Shown in pieces: positions 9,705 to 19,782 of a stretch of 64,000 nt of DNA. The stretch comes from Syntrophorhabdaceae bacterium. Lineage in GTDB: Bacteria; Desulfobacterota; Syntrophorhabdia; Syntrophorhabdales; Syntrophorhabdaceae. The notes under the pieces were generated by a model. That model did not search any database. It had not been told where the DNA came from and worked only from the letters and a program-made list of their open reading frames with translations. Position 1 is the stretch's first letter. Each line of letters starts with the position of its first letter. The position numbers and the translations under genes are program-made. The stretch lies in assembly GCA_963666485.2 (NCBI GenBank), contig CAXXUO010000001.1:480001-544000 (forward strand), given 5' to 3'.

Positions 9705-10448
9705 ATGAAAGAGATAGACCGGGCCGGGCTTGCAGCAAACAACGGTACCAACGGAAAGCCCCTCTGGGTGGCTTACGAGGGGAAGGTCTTCGACCTGTCG
9801 GAAAGCGTCCTGTGGGAAGGCGGCGAACACATGGGGAGCCATAACGCCGGGGGGGACCTGACCGAAGAACTGGGAGGGGCCCCTCACGGGCCTGAAATGC
9901 TCGAACGTTTCCCGCAGATCGGGATACTGAGGGATAGAAATGGTCTCCATGCCGAAAAGGAGCCCTCTCCGAAAGAGGGGGCATCTGCGCGCTCCCTGCC
10001 CGATCTTTTCACCCGGTTCCCGATATTGAAGAGGCATCCTCACCCGATGACGGTCCATTTCCCGATCGTCCTTGGCATATTTGCGCCGCTCCTTATCATC
10101 CTTTTTTTCATTTTTGACAATCCCGGGTTCGAACTTGCGTCCTTCTACTGTCTCGGGGCAGGCCTTGTTTTCATCCCGGTCGCCATGATAACCGGGTACA
10201 TCGCCTGGCGGGTCAATTACGGCCGCCCGATACGGGCCGTCACGATCAAGAAGGCTCTTTCGGTCGTACTCCTTCTGCTCGATGTTGCAGCGTTTGCCTG
10301 GCGCTTTGCGGACCCCGGCATATCACGGCATATCACGGGGGCCGGCGCCTTCTATTTTGTCCTTGTTCTCCTTCTCATGCCGATCGTTGCCGTGACCGGG
10401 TGGTACGGGGCAACACTGACATTCCCCTTAGCAAAGCCAAAAAGGTAA
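9705..10448 (+). CDS. cytochrome b5-like heme-binding domain fused to a DUF2231-like membrane domain
   Basis: WVAYEGKVFDLS...WEGGEHMGSHNAGGDLT...APHG, then HPMTVHFPI and about 4 TM helices. Confidence 0.85.
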   Translation: MKEIDRAGLAANNGTNGKPLWVAYEGKVFDLSESVLWEGGEHMGSHNAGGDLTEELGGAPHGPEMLERFPQIGILRDRNGLHAEKEPSPKEGASARSLPDLFTRFPILKRHPHPMTVHFPIVLGIFAPLLIILFFIFDNPGFELASFYCLGAGLVFIPVAMITGYIAWRVNYGRPIRAVTIKKALSVVLLLLDVAAFAWRFADPGISRHITGAGAFYFVLVLLLMPIVAVTGWYGATLTFPLAKPKR

Positions 10449-10454
10449 AGACAG

Positions 10455-11201
10455 GTGGAAACCGGCGGGCTCGTTGATTTCGGATTTGAAAAGGTATCGA
10501 AGCCGGAGAAAGAGCGCCTCGTCAAAGAGCATTTCGAGACCATTGCCCACAGGTATGACCTTGCAAACACTATCGCGAGCTTCGGGATGCATTATCTCTG
10601 GAAACGCGAGGCGGTCCGTTTTCTTGAACTCAAACCCGGTGAAAAGGTGATCGATGTCTGCGGGGGCACCGGTGACCTTGCCGTGCTCATGAAGCGCAAG
10701 GTGGGATGCCCGGGCCTTGTCGTCCTTGCCGACATAAACGGGCCCATGATACGCGCAGGGAGGTACAAATCGACACATGCCGCCGAGCGGAAAAAGATCG
10801 TGTATGTTCAGAGCGATGCGGAGGGCATCGCCATAAGGTCCTCGTCCTTCGACGCCGCCATTGCAGGTTTCGGGATACGGAACCTTGTTGATATGCGCAC
10901 AGGCCTTAAGGAAATACACCGGCTGCTGCGGCCGGGAGGCCGCTTTGTCTGCCTCGAGTTCTCGCACCCCGAAAAGGCCTGGTTCCGCAAGGTGTATGAC
11001 ATGTATTCATTCCGGGTCATGCCGCATCTCACCCGTGCGGTCCTCGGGTCCCGGAAGCCTTTCCTGCACCTGTCGGAATCGATCCGGGTCTTCCCCGGTC
11101 CCGATGAATTCTCCGGCTATCTTGCCGGGGCGGGTTTCCGGAATATCGCATACCGCCTCCTCACAAACGGCATTGTGGCCGTGCACAGGGGAGAAAAGTA
11201 G
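10455..11201 (+). CDS. ubiE: UbiE/MenG-type quinone C-methyltransferase
   Basis: DFGF, F..IA.RYDL.N...SFG.H..WK, DVCGGTGDL, FGIRN, CLEFS. Confidence 0.88.
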   Translation: METGGLVDFGFEKVSKPEKERLVKEHFETIAHRYDLANTIASFGMHYLWKREAVRFLELKPGEKVIDVCGGTGDLAVLMKRKVGCPGLVVLADINGPMIRAGRYKSTHAAERKKIVYVQSDAEGIAIRSSSFDAAIAGFGIRNLVDMRTGLKEIHRLLRPGGRFVCLEFSHPEKAWFRKVYDMYSFRVMPHLTRAVLGSRKPFLHLSESIRVFPGPDEFSGYLAGAGFRNIAYRLLTNGIVAVHRGEK

Positions 11202-11807
11202 ATGAAGCTCAACTGGGCCGAACGGTGGGTGGTGAACAACCCTTTACGGGTCATCGAGCAGCGCATCGAAATTGGAAAACTTGTGCGGGCAATGCCGCTT
11301 CGCCCCGGGTCTCAGTGCCTCGAGATAGGCGGCGGCAGGGGGGCGGCGGCAAAGATCATACTCGAGTCATTTCGGCCGGCGTCTCTGACGGTGACCGACC
11401 TTGATCCCGAGATGCTCGATCGGGCGGTCAGGTTCATTCCGGGTGATATCAGGGGTGAAGTGGCGCTCGCTGCGGCCGACGGGCATGACCTTCCCTTCCG
11501 CGACGGCTCGATGGACGCTATCTTCTGTTTCGGCGTGCTCCACCATATACCCGACTGGAGGGGCGCGCTCGGCGAGATCGAACGGGTTTTAAAGACGGGC
11601 GGCCGCTTTTTCTTCGAAGAGCTCTACCCCGGCGTATATCAGAATTTCATTACCCGGCACATCCTCGCCCACCCGGAGCACGACCGCTTTCAGGGACGGG
11701 ACCTTCTTCATGCAATGCACCGCCTCAGGCTCTCTCTCGCGTGGTCGAGGGAGTTTAAGCACCTCGGCATCCTCGGTATCGCCGTCAAGAACGGGGCCCG
11801 TCGGTAG
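11202..11807 (+). CDS. class I SAM-dependent methyltransferase
   Basis: LEIGGGRG, DLPFRDGSMD, GVLHHIPDW, RVLKTGG. Confidence 0.9.
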   Translation: MKLNWAERWVVNNPLRVIEQRIEIGKLVRAMPLRPGSQCLEIGGGRGAAAKIILESFRPASLTVTDLDPEMLDRAVRFIPGDIRGEVALAAADGHDLPFRDGSMDAIFCFGVLHHIPDWRGALGEIERVLKTGGRFFFEELYPGVYQNFITRHILAHPEHDRFQGRDLLHAMHRLRLSLAWSREFKHLGILGIAVKNGARR

Positions 11808-11922
11808 GGCGCTCCCCCATCCCGTTTTTCTTACTTTCCTCTTTTGAACAGCCCCAAATAATGATAAATAATCCCGAAGCCGGATTTAAGGCCAGACCGA
11901 AAATACCGCCGGAGGAGATAGT

Positions 11923-12750
11923 ATGAAAACGCCCCGCTGCCATACACGAAAAAGACTGAGCGCGATCGCCCTGGCGATGTGCGTGATATCCCTCGCACTG
12001 TCGGGGACGCCGTCGGCCACCTTGGCGGAAGGCCCCGGTACCATCCTCGACATGACGTATGCCTATGATTCGCAGACAATTTACTGGCCCAACGCCTCAC
12101 CTTTCACATTGTCACCGGAATTTAACGGGATGACCGAGGGCGGCTACTGGTATTCGGCGAATTTCTATTCCGCCTCTGAACACGGGGGGACCCATGCCGA
12201 TGCTCCAAAGCATTTTTCCCGGAACGGCCGAACCATAGACCAGGTCCCGCTTGCCGAATGGATCGGCCCCGCGGTGAAGATCGACGCGACCCGGCAATGC
12301 TCCGGCGACCGCGACTACCTCCTTTCCGTCGATGATATCCTCGCCTGGGAAAAGAAGCATGGCCGGATCCCCGACGGGTCATGGGTCGTCATGTATACGG
12401 GGATAGGGACACGCTTCTATCCCGATCCCAAAAAGGTCCTGGGAACCGACAAAAAAGGCCTGCCCGCACTGCCTGAGCTCTCCTTCCCCGGTTTTTCCCC
12501 GCAATCCGCAGAATTTTTGACGAGGGAGCGGAACATCCGGGGCATAGCGCTCGACACCCCGAGTATCGATTACGGAAGGTCGAAAGATTTCATGGTCCAT
12601 CGCATTATGTGCGCCGCAGACAGGCTGGCCCTCGAAAATATTGCGAACCTGGACAAGCTCCCGGCGACCGGCGCGGTCCTCTACGTTATCCCGATGTCGA
12701 TAAAGGGCGGGTCGGGCGCGCCGGCGCGCGTTTTCGCCATCCTGCCTTAG
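11923..12750 (+). CDS. cyclase / kynurenine formamidase-like metal hydrolase with signal peptide
   Basis: EHGGTHADAPKH, DTPSIDYG, LENIANL, GSGAPARV. Confidence 0.9.
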   Translation: MKTPRCHTRKRLSAIALAMCVISLALSGTPSATLAEGPGTILDMTYAYDSQTIYWPNASPFTLSPEFNGMTEGGYWYSANFYSASEHGGTHADAPKHFSRNGRTIDQVPLAEWIGPAVKIDATRQCSGDRDYLLSVDDILAWEKKHGRIPDGSWVVMYTGIGTRFYPDPKKVLGTDKKGLPALPELSFPGFSPQSAEFLTRERNIRGIALDTPSIDYGRSKDFMVHRIMCAADRLALENIANLDKLPATGAVLYVIPMSIKGGSGAPARVFAILP

Positions 12751-12775
12751 CCCTTGCGCCTTACGGCGCGAAGGG
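12751..12775. terminator. hairpin between convergent genes
   Basis: cccttgcgcc-ttac-ggcgcgaaggg. Confidence 0.5.
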
Positions 12776-12791
12776 TTCTTGCCGGTTCACG

Positions 12792-14183
12792 CTATATCGC
12801 GCTCTTCCTCGGAATGCCGTACTGTTCCATTTTTTTATTGAGGGTGGGGCGGGACATGCCGAGGGCCTTGCAGACATTCCCGTAATGCCAGCGGTTCTTT
12901 TCAAGAGCCTGCAGGATGAGGTCCTTTTCGCTTGCCGTACGCCTGCCCGGTGTCCCGCTTTCGTTCACCGGGACCGGCGCATTCGTCCTTTCCGCCTCTT
13001 CGATGAGCGGGGCGACCGAAGAATCGAGGATGATATCCCCCTGTGTATACATGGCGGCCCGGGTCAGGATATTTTCCAGTTCACGGACATTGCCCGGCCA
13101 TGAATACTCCATCATCCTCCGCAACGCCTTCTTCTCGATCTGTTCGATCCCTTTTCCCAGGTCGCGGTTTATCTTCTTCAGGACATACTCAGTGATCAGG
13201 GGAATGTCGTCGCTGCGCTCCCGCAGGGGCGGGACTTTGACGGAGGCCACGTTGAGCCGGTAGAAGAGGTCCTCCCGGAACTTCCCCTCTTTTACCATCA
13301 CCGCGAGGTCCCTGTTCGTGGCGGCGATCACGCGGGCGTTGGAATGTATCGACCTTTCGGAGCCGACCCTGTGGAATTCTTTCTGCTGGAGAAATCTCAA
13401 AAGCTTCGTCTGCAATTCCATGGGTATCTCCCCGATCTCGTCGAGGAGGATCGTCCCGTTCGAAGCGAGCTCGAATTTGCCCTTCTTTGTCGATATGGCC
13501 CCGGTAAAAGCCCCTTTTTCATGGCCGAACAGCTCGCTCTCAAGCAGTCCCTCCACAATGGCGCCGCAGTTTATAGCCATGAACGGCTCGTCCTTGCGCG
13601 GGCCGTGAAAATGTATCGCCCGGGCAACAAGTTCTTTTCCCGTTCCCGTCTCGCCCTCGATAAGGACCGTCACGCGGTTCCCCGAGAGCAGCCCGATGCT
13701 CTTGAAGATCTCCTTCATTTCCCGCGTCTTGCCTATGATGTCCCCCTCTTCGAAATCACGCGGGGGGCTGGCGCGTAGACCGCCCGGGCGCGTCCGGGAG
13801 AGGTCGATCGCCCTTTGTATCGCTGCCTCGAGATCGTCAACATCTATCGGCTTGGGGATGTAATCGAACGCGCCGAATTTCATCGCGCGTATGGTCGTTT
13901 CCATGTCGTGAAAGGCCGTGATGATAATAACGTGGGGAGGGTTCTTCCTGCGCTTTATCTCCCGAAGGATATCGAGGCCGTTCATATCGGGGAGCCTCAC
14001 ATCGAGGACCACGACCCGGGGATCGGCCTCATCGAGCTGCTTTAAGCATTCCCGGCCGTTCACGGCACACACGATGTCATAACCCTTTTCAGAAAGGTAA
14101 ACCTCGAGAAGCTCCAGGGAAGACGGCTCATCATCGACGATGAGCACGCGCGCTGATCTATGGGCCGGATCGGTTTTCGTCAT
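12792..14183 (-). CDS. sigma-54-dependent response regulator (NtrC family)
   Basis: Receiver domain, GETGTGKE, GAFTGA, WPGNVREL, Fis-type HTH. Confidence 0.96.
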   Translation of the reverse strand: MTKTDPAHRSARVLIVDDEPSSLELLEVYLSEKGYDIVCAVNGRECLKQLDEADPRVVVLDVRLPDMNGLDILREIKRRKNPPHVIIITAFHDMETTIRAMKFGAFDYIPKPIDVDDLEAAIQRAIDLSRTRPGGLRASPPRDFEEGDIIGKTREMKEIFKSIGLLSGNRVTVLIEGETGTGKELVARAIHFHGPRKDEPFMAINCGAIVEGLLESELFGHEKGAFTGAISTKKGKFELASNGTILLDEIGEIPMELQTKLLRFLQQKEFHRVGSERSIHSNARVIAATNRDLAVMVKEGKFREDLFYRLNVASVKVPPLRERSDDIPLITEYVLKKINRDLGKGIEQIEKKALRRMMEYSWPGNVRELENILTRAAMYTQGDIILDSSVAPLIEEAERTNAPVPVNESGTPGRRTASEKDLILQALEKNRWHYGNVCKALGMSRPTLNKKMEQYGIPRKSAI

Positions 14184-15700
14184 TTCTCCGGTACCGCGGG
14201 TATGGTGAAGACTGCGCGGGTCCCGGCCGGTTCAGCCGGTACGATCTCGATCTTCCCCCCGTGGGCCTCGATTATCTTTTTTGCATTCGCAAGGCCAAGG
14301 CCGGTCCCTTTGGTCTTTCGCGTGAAGAAAGGATCGAATATAAAGGGCATGCTCCCGGGCTCGATGCCATGCCCGTTGTCCGTGATGTGGACGGCGAGAT
14401 CATGGGTACCCCGTACGCGTTTGATGGCGATATCGATCCGCCCTTCCCTGTCGACCGCCTCGACGGCGTTGAGCAGGAGGTTTATAACCACCTGCTCCAT
14501 CTTCCCGGGGTCCATAGTGACGAGGGGCAGTTTGCCGGGAAATTTTCGGGTCACCGTGATCCCTTTTTCGAGGATCTTCGCCTCTATGGCTTCGAGGCTC
14601 GACCTGATAAGGGCAGCGAGCGACCCCGTCTGAAGGGCGAACCTCATCGGTTTCGCAAAATCGAGCATCTCCGAGACGATCATGTTGAGCCGGCCCACCT
14701 CCTGCGACAGGATCTCGAGGCGCCGCTTTTCATTCCCTTTGAAGGAATGGCTCTTGAGGAGCATCTGGATGCTCATCCGGGCAGCTGAAAGGGGGTTGCG
14801 GATCTCATGGGCCAGGCTCGCCGTTATCTCCCCGATGTGTGCGAGGTTTTCTGCCTCCCGGACCCGCTTCTCTATCTCCAGCCGTTCAGTTATATCCCGG
14901 CAGATGCCGAGTGCGGCCTGCTTTCCTTCATACACGGTCAGGACCACCTTGTTCTCAGTGGGAAGCGACGTGCCGTCCCTGTGCCTGCGGTAATACACGT
15001 AATGTTCCCGGGCCTTTCCGGCCTCTATCCTGCTCTCATAGGTCTTCGTTACCTCCTCGAGGGATTCCGGGGCAACGAAATCCGTGTATGGCCGCCCGAC
15101 GACCTCGTCCACGGTATACCCGTGCATACTGGCGAATGCCTTGTTGGAGAAGACGATCTTCCCATCCTGGTTCACAAAATAGCCATCACGTATCTCCTCG
15201 ACCAGGGTACGGTATTTCGCTTCCGACTCGGCGAGTTCCCGTGTCCTGTCCCGGACCTTGATCTCGAGCATCTGGGCATAATTGCGGATCTCTTTCTCCG
15301 ACAGGGCCTGGAAGAAATCGCTGAACAGGTGGATGGTGTAGTCGAGGCACACCTGGACCCGGTCGATGGCGGCAATCGTTTCCGGTACGGAACCGGACAT
15401 TTCCTTGACGATCCGGGGCATCGCGAGGTAGCCGAACATCTCGAATGCCTTCTGCACTTCGGACAGGGTGAACCCCGCCTTGAAGCGGAATTCGCCTATC
15501 TCCTGCACGACGTCGTCTATCCGGGAATAATCGTTGAAAACAAGCGCATTGTAATACGCCTCGTACGCGGCATTGATCGTCTGCTCATATTCCTCGACGG
15601 GACGGCTCGAGTACCGGGGGCTCACCTCAGACCTCAGCCGTCGTTTCCACTCACGCACGATCGCGCCATGATGCCTGTCGAGAAACTGCTTAAAATCCAT
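14180..15700 (-). CDS. sensor histidine kinase: RsbRD_N-like helical domain, PAS, HisKA, HATPase
   Basis: LAHEIRNPL H-box, NAVEA, DNGHGI, GTGLGL, no TM segment. ATG at 15700 lies downstream of the repeat array. Confidence 0.92.
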   Translation of the reverse strand: MDFKQFLDRHHGAIVREWKRRLRSEVSPRYSSRPVEEYEQTINAAYEAYYNALVFNDYSRIDDVVQEIGEFRFKAGFTLSEVQKAFEMFGYLAMPRIVKEMSGSVPETIAAIDRVQVCLDYTIHLFSDFFQALSEKEIRNYAQMLEIKVRDRTRELAESEAKYRTLVEEIRDGYFVNQDGKIVFSNKAFASMHGYTVDEVVGRPYTDFVAPESLEEVTKTYESRIEAGKAREHYVYYRRHRDGTSLPTENKVVLTVYEGKQAALGICRDITERLEIEKRVREAENLAHIGEITASLAHEIRNPLSAARMSIQMLLKSHSFKGNEKRRLEILSQEVGRLNMIVSEMLDFAKPMRFALQTGSLAALIRSSLEAIEAKILEKGITVTRKFPGKLPLVTMDPGKMEQVVINLLLNAVEAVDREGRIDIAIKRVRGTHDLAVHITDNGHGIEPGSMPFIFDPFFTRKTKGTGLGLANAKKIIEAHGGKIEIVPAEPAGTRAVFTIPAVPEK

Positions 15701-15717
15701 TTTTACTCCGTAAAAAT

Positions 15718-15816
15718 GTTCCAGGTTCCACGTTCCACGTTCCACGTTAAAAACTGATTGCGAAAACCGGACCATGGGATTTTTAAGCGTGGAACTTGAA
15801 ACGTGGAACGTGGAAC
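15718..15816. repeat. inverted heptamer arrays (GTTCCAC)n at 15718-15748 and (GTGGAAC)n at 15788-15816
   Basis: Read directly. Confidence 0.9.
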
Positions 15817-15868
15817 TCTATTCTTTTGCGATAATACCATTCGCTATTCTTTCCGTAAAGTACTTTGG

Positions 15869-16735
15869 TCAATCGGGCGGGTCAATTCCGAGGATGCGCC
15901 GCAGGGCTTGCAGTTGAACACCTTCGAGCGTCCCTCTGCTTTCTGCCATCTGCAAAGCCATTTTTGAAAGGGCCATGTATATCTCCCTGTGGAGCGGCAT
16001 ATCGGACATTGCCTCAAGGTGGGCGGCCACCGTCTTGTCGTCCCCGCGCACGATGGGGCCCGTGAGCGCATCGACCGGGCCTTTTGTTTCGATATTCTTC
16101 ATCGTGGCGCGTATGATCGGTATGAAAGGCTCAAAATCGATGTCGATCCTTTTCATAACGCCTTCTCCCGCCTGCATAAGAGCGGACAGGAGATTGCATA
16201 CAAAGACCGCGGCCAGGTGGTAGTAGACCTTGTCCTCGCCTGCGACGACATACACCTTCGCCCCGAGGTTCTCCCCGAGGAAACGAAGCGCCTCGCGCGC
16301 CCTGTCATCTCCTTCGATAAAAATACTGGTATCGGGCAGGACATCGATGGCACTTTCGATGTCGGGAAAGGTCTGGAGAGGGTGAAGCGACCCTATGCTT
16401 GCGCCCTTCGCTTCGAGCGGTGAAAGCACCGTGGACGGGTCGGCGCCGCTCGTATGAAAAAAGAGCTTTCCCCGGATGTCTGACACCCTGTCGGCGACAG
16501 ACTGCGCCGCCTCTCCTATGAGCCTGTCCTGCACCGCTATCGCTATAACGTCGCACGCATCGACGATCTCAATGTTATGGAGAGTGTAAAGCGTGTCCGC
16601 CCCTAAGAATCCCCGCGCCCTGTCGAGGGCCCCCCTGTTTACGTCGGAGATCCCGACAACATCGATCCCGTTGCTCCTGAGCACATACCCCAGCGAGATC
16701 CCGACTTTGCCTGCCCCAATGATCCCGATCTTCAT
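15869..16735 (-). CDS. Rossmann-like / DUF2520 oxidoreductase
   Basis: IGIIGAGKVG, HTSGA, HPLQTF, YHLAAVFVCN, LTGPIVRGD. Confidence 0.9.
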   Translation of the reverse strand: MKIGIIGAGKVGISLGYVLRSNGIDVVGISDVNRGALDRARGFLGADTLYTLHNIEIVDACDVIAIAVQDRLIGEAAQSVADRVSDIRGKLFFHTSGADPSTVLSPLEAKGASIGSLHPLQTFPDIESAIDVLPDTSIFIEGDDRAREALRFLGENLGAKVYVVAGEDKVYYHLAAVFVCNLLSALMQAGEGVMKRIDIDFEPFIPIIRATMKNIETKGPVDALTGPIVRGDDKTVAAHLEAMSDMPLHREIYMALSKMALQMAESRGTLEGVQLQALRRILGIDPPD

Positions 16736-19700
16736 TTGATCTCAAAGACCTCCTTCGGGAAAACGAGGATATTCCTCAGGATCTCGAGCGATTTCGCGCC
16801 GACCGTCCCGACATAGTTCGTTTTGATGTCGGGATCATCGAACGGGCCCGAAACGGTGTACGTGACGTAGAGAAAACCTTTATTCTTGTTCTTCACTATG
16901 CTCCGGACGATGGGGATGTTGTCGATCGTCCTGTCGAGTGCCACAAGCGGCGACACCTCGAGGGTGCCATTCAGCGTCTCCTTGTTGAGGTCGATGTCCC
17001 CGGTCCCGGTAATGACCATCGACTGGCTGTCGAGGAGGAAATTCTTCGTTCGAAAAACACCATGATCGATAACGAATGTGGCACCCATCTTCTTATATAT
17101 TAAACCATCTTTGCCGAAATCGATCTTTCCGCGTACGAGGTCATACACATTCAGGGCCGCAAATACCTTCGACAACATGTTCCAGCGCTTTATGACGCCG
17201 TCCCTGCTGTACACAGAGGTGTCCCCGCTGAGATTGGCCTTGAGCTCTTTCGAGGTCGCGCCCTCTGACTTCAAGGTGCCGGTAACATAACCGTCGCCGC
17301 TTATCTCCTGGGATGTGCTTCCCATGGCGGCAGATAATATGCCCGGTTTGACATGCGTCATCCGGCCATTCATATAAAACGAGGGTACGGGGCCCGAGAG
17401 GTCCACCATTCCCTTGAGATCGGCATCTCCCCCGAATACGCGGAGTTTCAGGTCGGCTATGTTGACCTTTCTGTCTGTCATGAAGGCGTTGACCTCGAGG
17501 TCCTTTGCCGCGACCTTGCCGAATGCCGCACCGTTTGCCCTTAAGGATATCTTACCGCTCGATACCGCGAGCGCGCTGTCTTTCCGGATGCTCCGCAGCG
17601 TAAGATCGCCGCCCGTCTTGAAATCCTTTGAATCCAGGCGGTCCATGCTGATGATCATGTCGAATTTCGGGGCCTCGAAGCCTTTTACCTTGAGAGACGC
17701 CTTTTTAAGGACGCTCGACCCGGTCGTCAACCCGTTTAAGACAATGTCACATTCATATCCCCTGAAATCAGCGTTGAGATCTATGTCCTTCATCACTGAC
17801 GGCATCCCGGGGAGCTTGACGAAGCCTTTCTTCATCTGTACGTTCCCGACGACCCAGGGGAGTTTTTCCACGGGAAACACAAGGTCCTTGACGGTGAGGT
17901 CGATATTTACCTCACCTCCCTTGAGATCACCCGCCAGGTTGAACAGCGACATGGCCCTGCCCGAATCTTTCGTGCGCACGGCTATCTTCGTGTCGATCTT
18001 CCGCGCCTGCGATATCATGACCGATGCCTGGACACTGATCACGTCGAGGGACCCGGAAAGGTCGTCAATCGTAATCTCCCCGGTCTTCTTCCGGGTAAGC
18101 TTGAACTGGGCCCTGCAGGGAACACCCTTCGCTTTTTTGAAATAACCGGGGACTGTATATGTGACATCATCCATCATGAGATGGGCATTCGTCACAACCT
18201 GGCTGTCGGCGACCGAGATATTTCCGTCAAACTGGACCTTTCCGGATATCGCTGCGGGGCTGCCTGTAATCGGTTTTACAAGCCCGGCGTCGGCGTATCC
18301 CCTGAACGACGACACAAGTCCTTTCGGCCCCCACCTGCCGTTCACAGTAACGGCTGTATCTTTTCCCAACAGTGTTATTGCATTGAATATCAATTCCTGG
18401 CCGGACAGCTGGAACGGGCCATGGATGGTAAACGGTTGTCCCTTCCATTCGACAACCGCATTATTTACCCTGCCCGAACCACCAAGGGCAAGGGCTTTTT
18501 CCTTCGCGCTGTCGAGTTCGATGACCCCGTCCGCGGTCCCTTTCTGGATAGTTACCTCTTTCAGTTCGACAAAATAGGGGATATGCGTAAGGTCCGCCGT
18601 GTATTTGCCGGTCAGCCGCACCCGGGGTTTCTTGCCAAAACCGATCGTTCCCTTCAGGTCATGAAAGGAGGTTGCCCTGAAAGATACTCTGCCCTCCGAA
18701 AAAGTCCCCCTGTCATCTTCTATATCGAGGTTCCCCGAGATATCGGTGAGCTCGTTTCCGTTATACGTGCCGGTGGTCTGCTTCAGTTCCAAGTTCGCGG
18801 TGAAAGGCCGGTCTTTTTCGTACGTCAATTTTTTCATCTTGAGATAACCGTCCTTGATGTACGCCCAGATATCATACCCGACCTCGTCCATCTTCACATA
18901 TTCTCTGACGACGCTTAACGGGACAGGTCCTGACGTGATATCGAGCCGCGCGAACGCGAAGTTCTTCATAGAGGTGTCAACGGTGAACGGGGCATTGGCA
19001 TACCCGGTATCGTATACCTTTATCGTGATATCCGACCCCCTGGCCGTGATGGTCGACTTTGCTTTTACCCTGTCGACGACGAGCGGCTTCCTGAGCCAGG
19101 TGTCGCGCAGGATGAGCTTCGGCGATTCGCATGTCCCCGCGAGGGTCAGGGCACCATCGTACAATGTGAACTCGCCTTTGCCGTTGACAACGCCGGCGAG
19201 GATAGGGTCGATCTTCTCAAGGCCGAAAGAATCTACTTCGATCGAGCCCTTGATCCTGTGCTTCGCCTTCTCTATGGTACTGCTCCCCACTATCCGCACC
19301 TTCCCGGCATGATCGGGATCGGAGATCGATGCGATAAATTTCATCGGTTTTTTTGTATTGATGTTCTCGGCGACAATGGATGCGACAACGAACTTTCTTC
19401 CGTTCGCATCTACAGTACCGTTACTTATATTGAGAAGACCGATCCTGGTATTGAAATCCTTGTTTTTCATCTTGAGCTTGTCGCTGATCACCAGGTTGAA
19501 ATCCTTCATGGATATGGTATCAAAAAAGACCCCGCCCGAAAGATAGATCCGCGTCGACACCTGGCCGATCTTTCCCGAAACCGGCCCTTTGAAAGAAAGG
19601 TTGTTGAGCTCGACCGACAGTGTGCCGTCTTCAAAGAGAAAGTGGGCCTTCTCGATCTTGACCGGTATCCCCGACCGGCTTAAAAAACCGGATATGATCG

Positions 19701-19782
19701 CCGGCAGGTTCCGCGAGACGACGAAGGTCCCCGACGCGATAAGAGCGAGGCATATGAGGACTATGACAATGGCTTTTTTCAT
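16732..19782 (-). CDS. AsmA-like / YhdP-type envelope beta-taco protein
   Basis: N-terminal anchor, about 1000 aa beta-rich, C-terminal IPIVRSI...Y.VSGPFDDP typical of AsmA_2. Confidence 0.8.
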   Translation of the reverse strand: MKKAIVIVLICLALIASGTFVVSRNLPAIISGFLSRSGIPVKIEKAHFLFEDGTLSVELNNLSFKGPVSGKIGQVSTRIYLSGGVFFDTISMKDFNLVISDKLKMKNKDFNTRIGLLNISNGTVDANGRKFVVASIVAENINTKKPMKFIASISDPDHAGKVRIVGSSTIEKAKHRIKGSIEVDSFGLEKIDPILAGVVNGKGEFTLYDGALTLAGTCESPKLILRDTWLRKPLVVDRVKAKSTITARGSDITIKVYDTGYANAPFTVDTSMKNFAFARLDITSGPVPLSVVREYVKMDEVGYDIWAYIKDGYLKMKKLTYEKDRPFTANLELKQTTGTYNGNELTDISGNLDIEDDRGTFSEGRVSFRATSFHDLKGTIGFGKKPRVRLTGKYTADLTHIPYFVELKEVTIQKGTADGVIELDSAKEKALALGGSGRVNNAVVEWKGQPFTIHGPFQLSGQELIFNAITLLGKDTAVTVNGRWGPKGLVSSFRGYADAGLVKPITGSPAAISGKVQFDGNISVADSQVVTNAHLMMDDVTYTVPGYFKKAKGVPCRAQFKLTRKKTGEITIDDLSGSLDVISVQASVMISQARKIDTKIAVRTKDSGRAMSLFNLAGDLKGGEVNIDLTVKDLVFPVEKLPWVVGNVQMKKGFVKLPGMPSVMKDIDLNADFRGYECDIVLNGLTTGSSVLKKASLKVKGFEAPKFDMIISMDRLDSKDFKTGGDLTLRSIRKDSALAVSSGKISLRANGAAFGKVAAKDLEVNAFMTDRKVNIADLKLRVFGGDADLKGMVDLSGPVPSFYMNGRMTHVKPGILSAAMGSTSQEISGDGYVTGTLKSEGATSKELKANLSGDTSVYSRDGVIKRWNMLSKVFAALNVYDLVRGKIDFGKDGLIYKKMGATFVIDHGVFRTKNFLLDSQSMVITGTGDIDLNKETLNGTLEVSPLVALDRTIDNIPIVRSIVKNKNKGFLYVTYTVSGPFDDPDIKTNYVGTVGAKSLEILRNILVFPKEVFEIK

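Noticed and set aside
15701..15775. Upstream ATG extension of the histidine kinase
   Set aside because: It translates the heptamer repeat; the ATG at 15700 with a GGAG RBS is more plausible.
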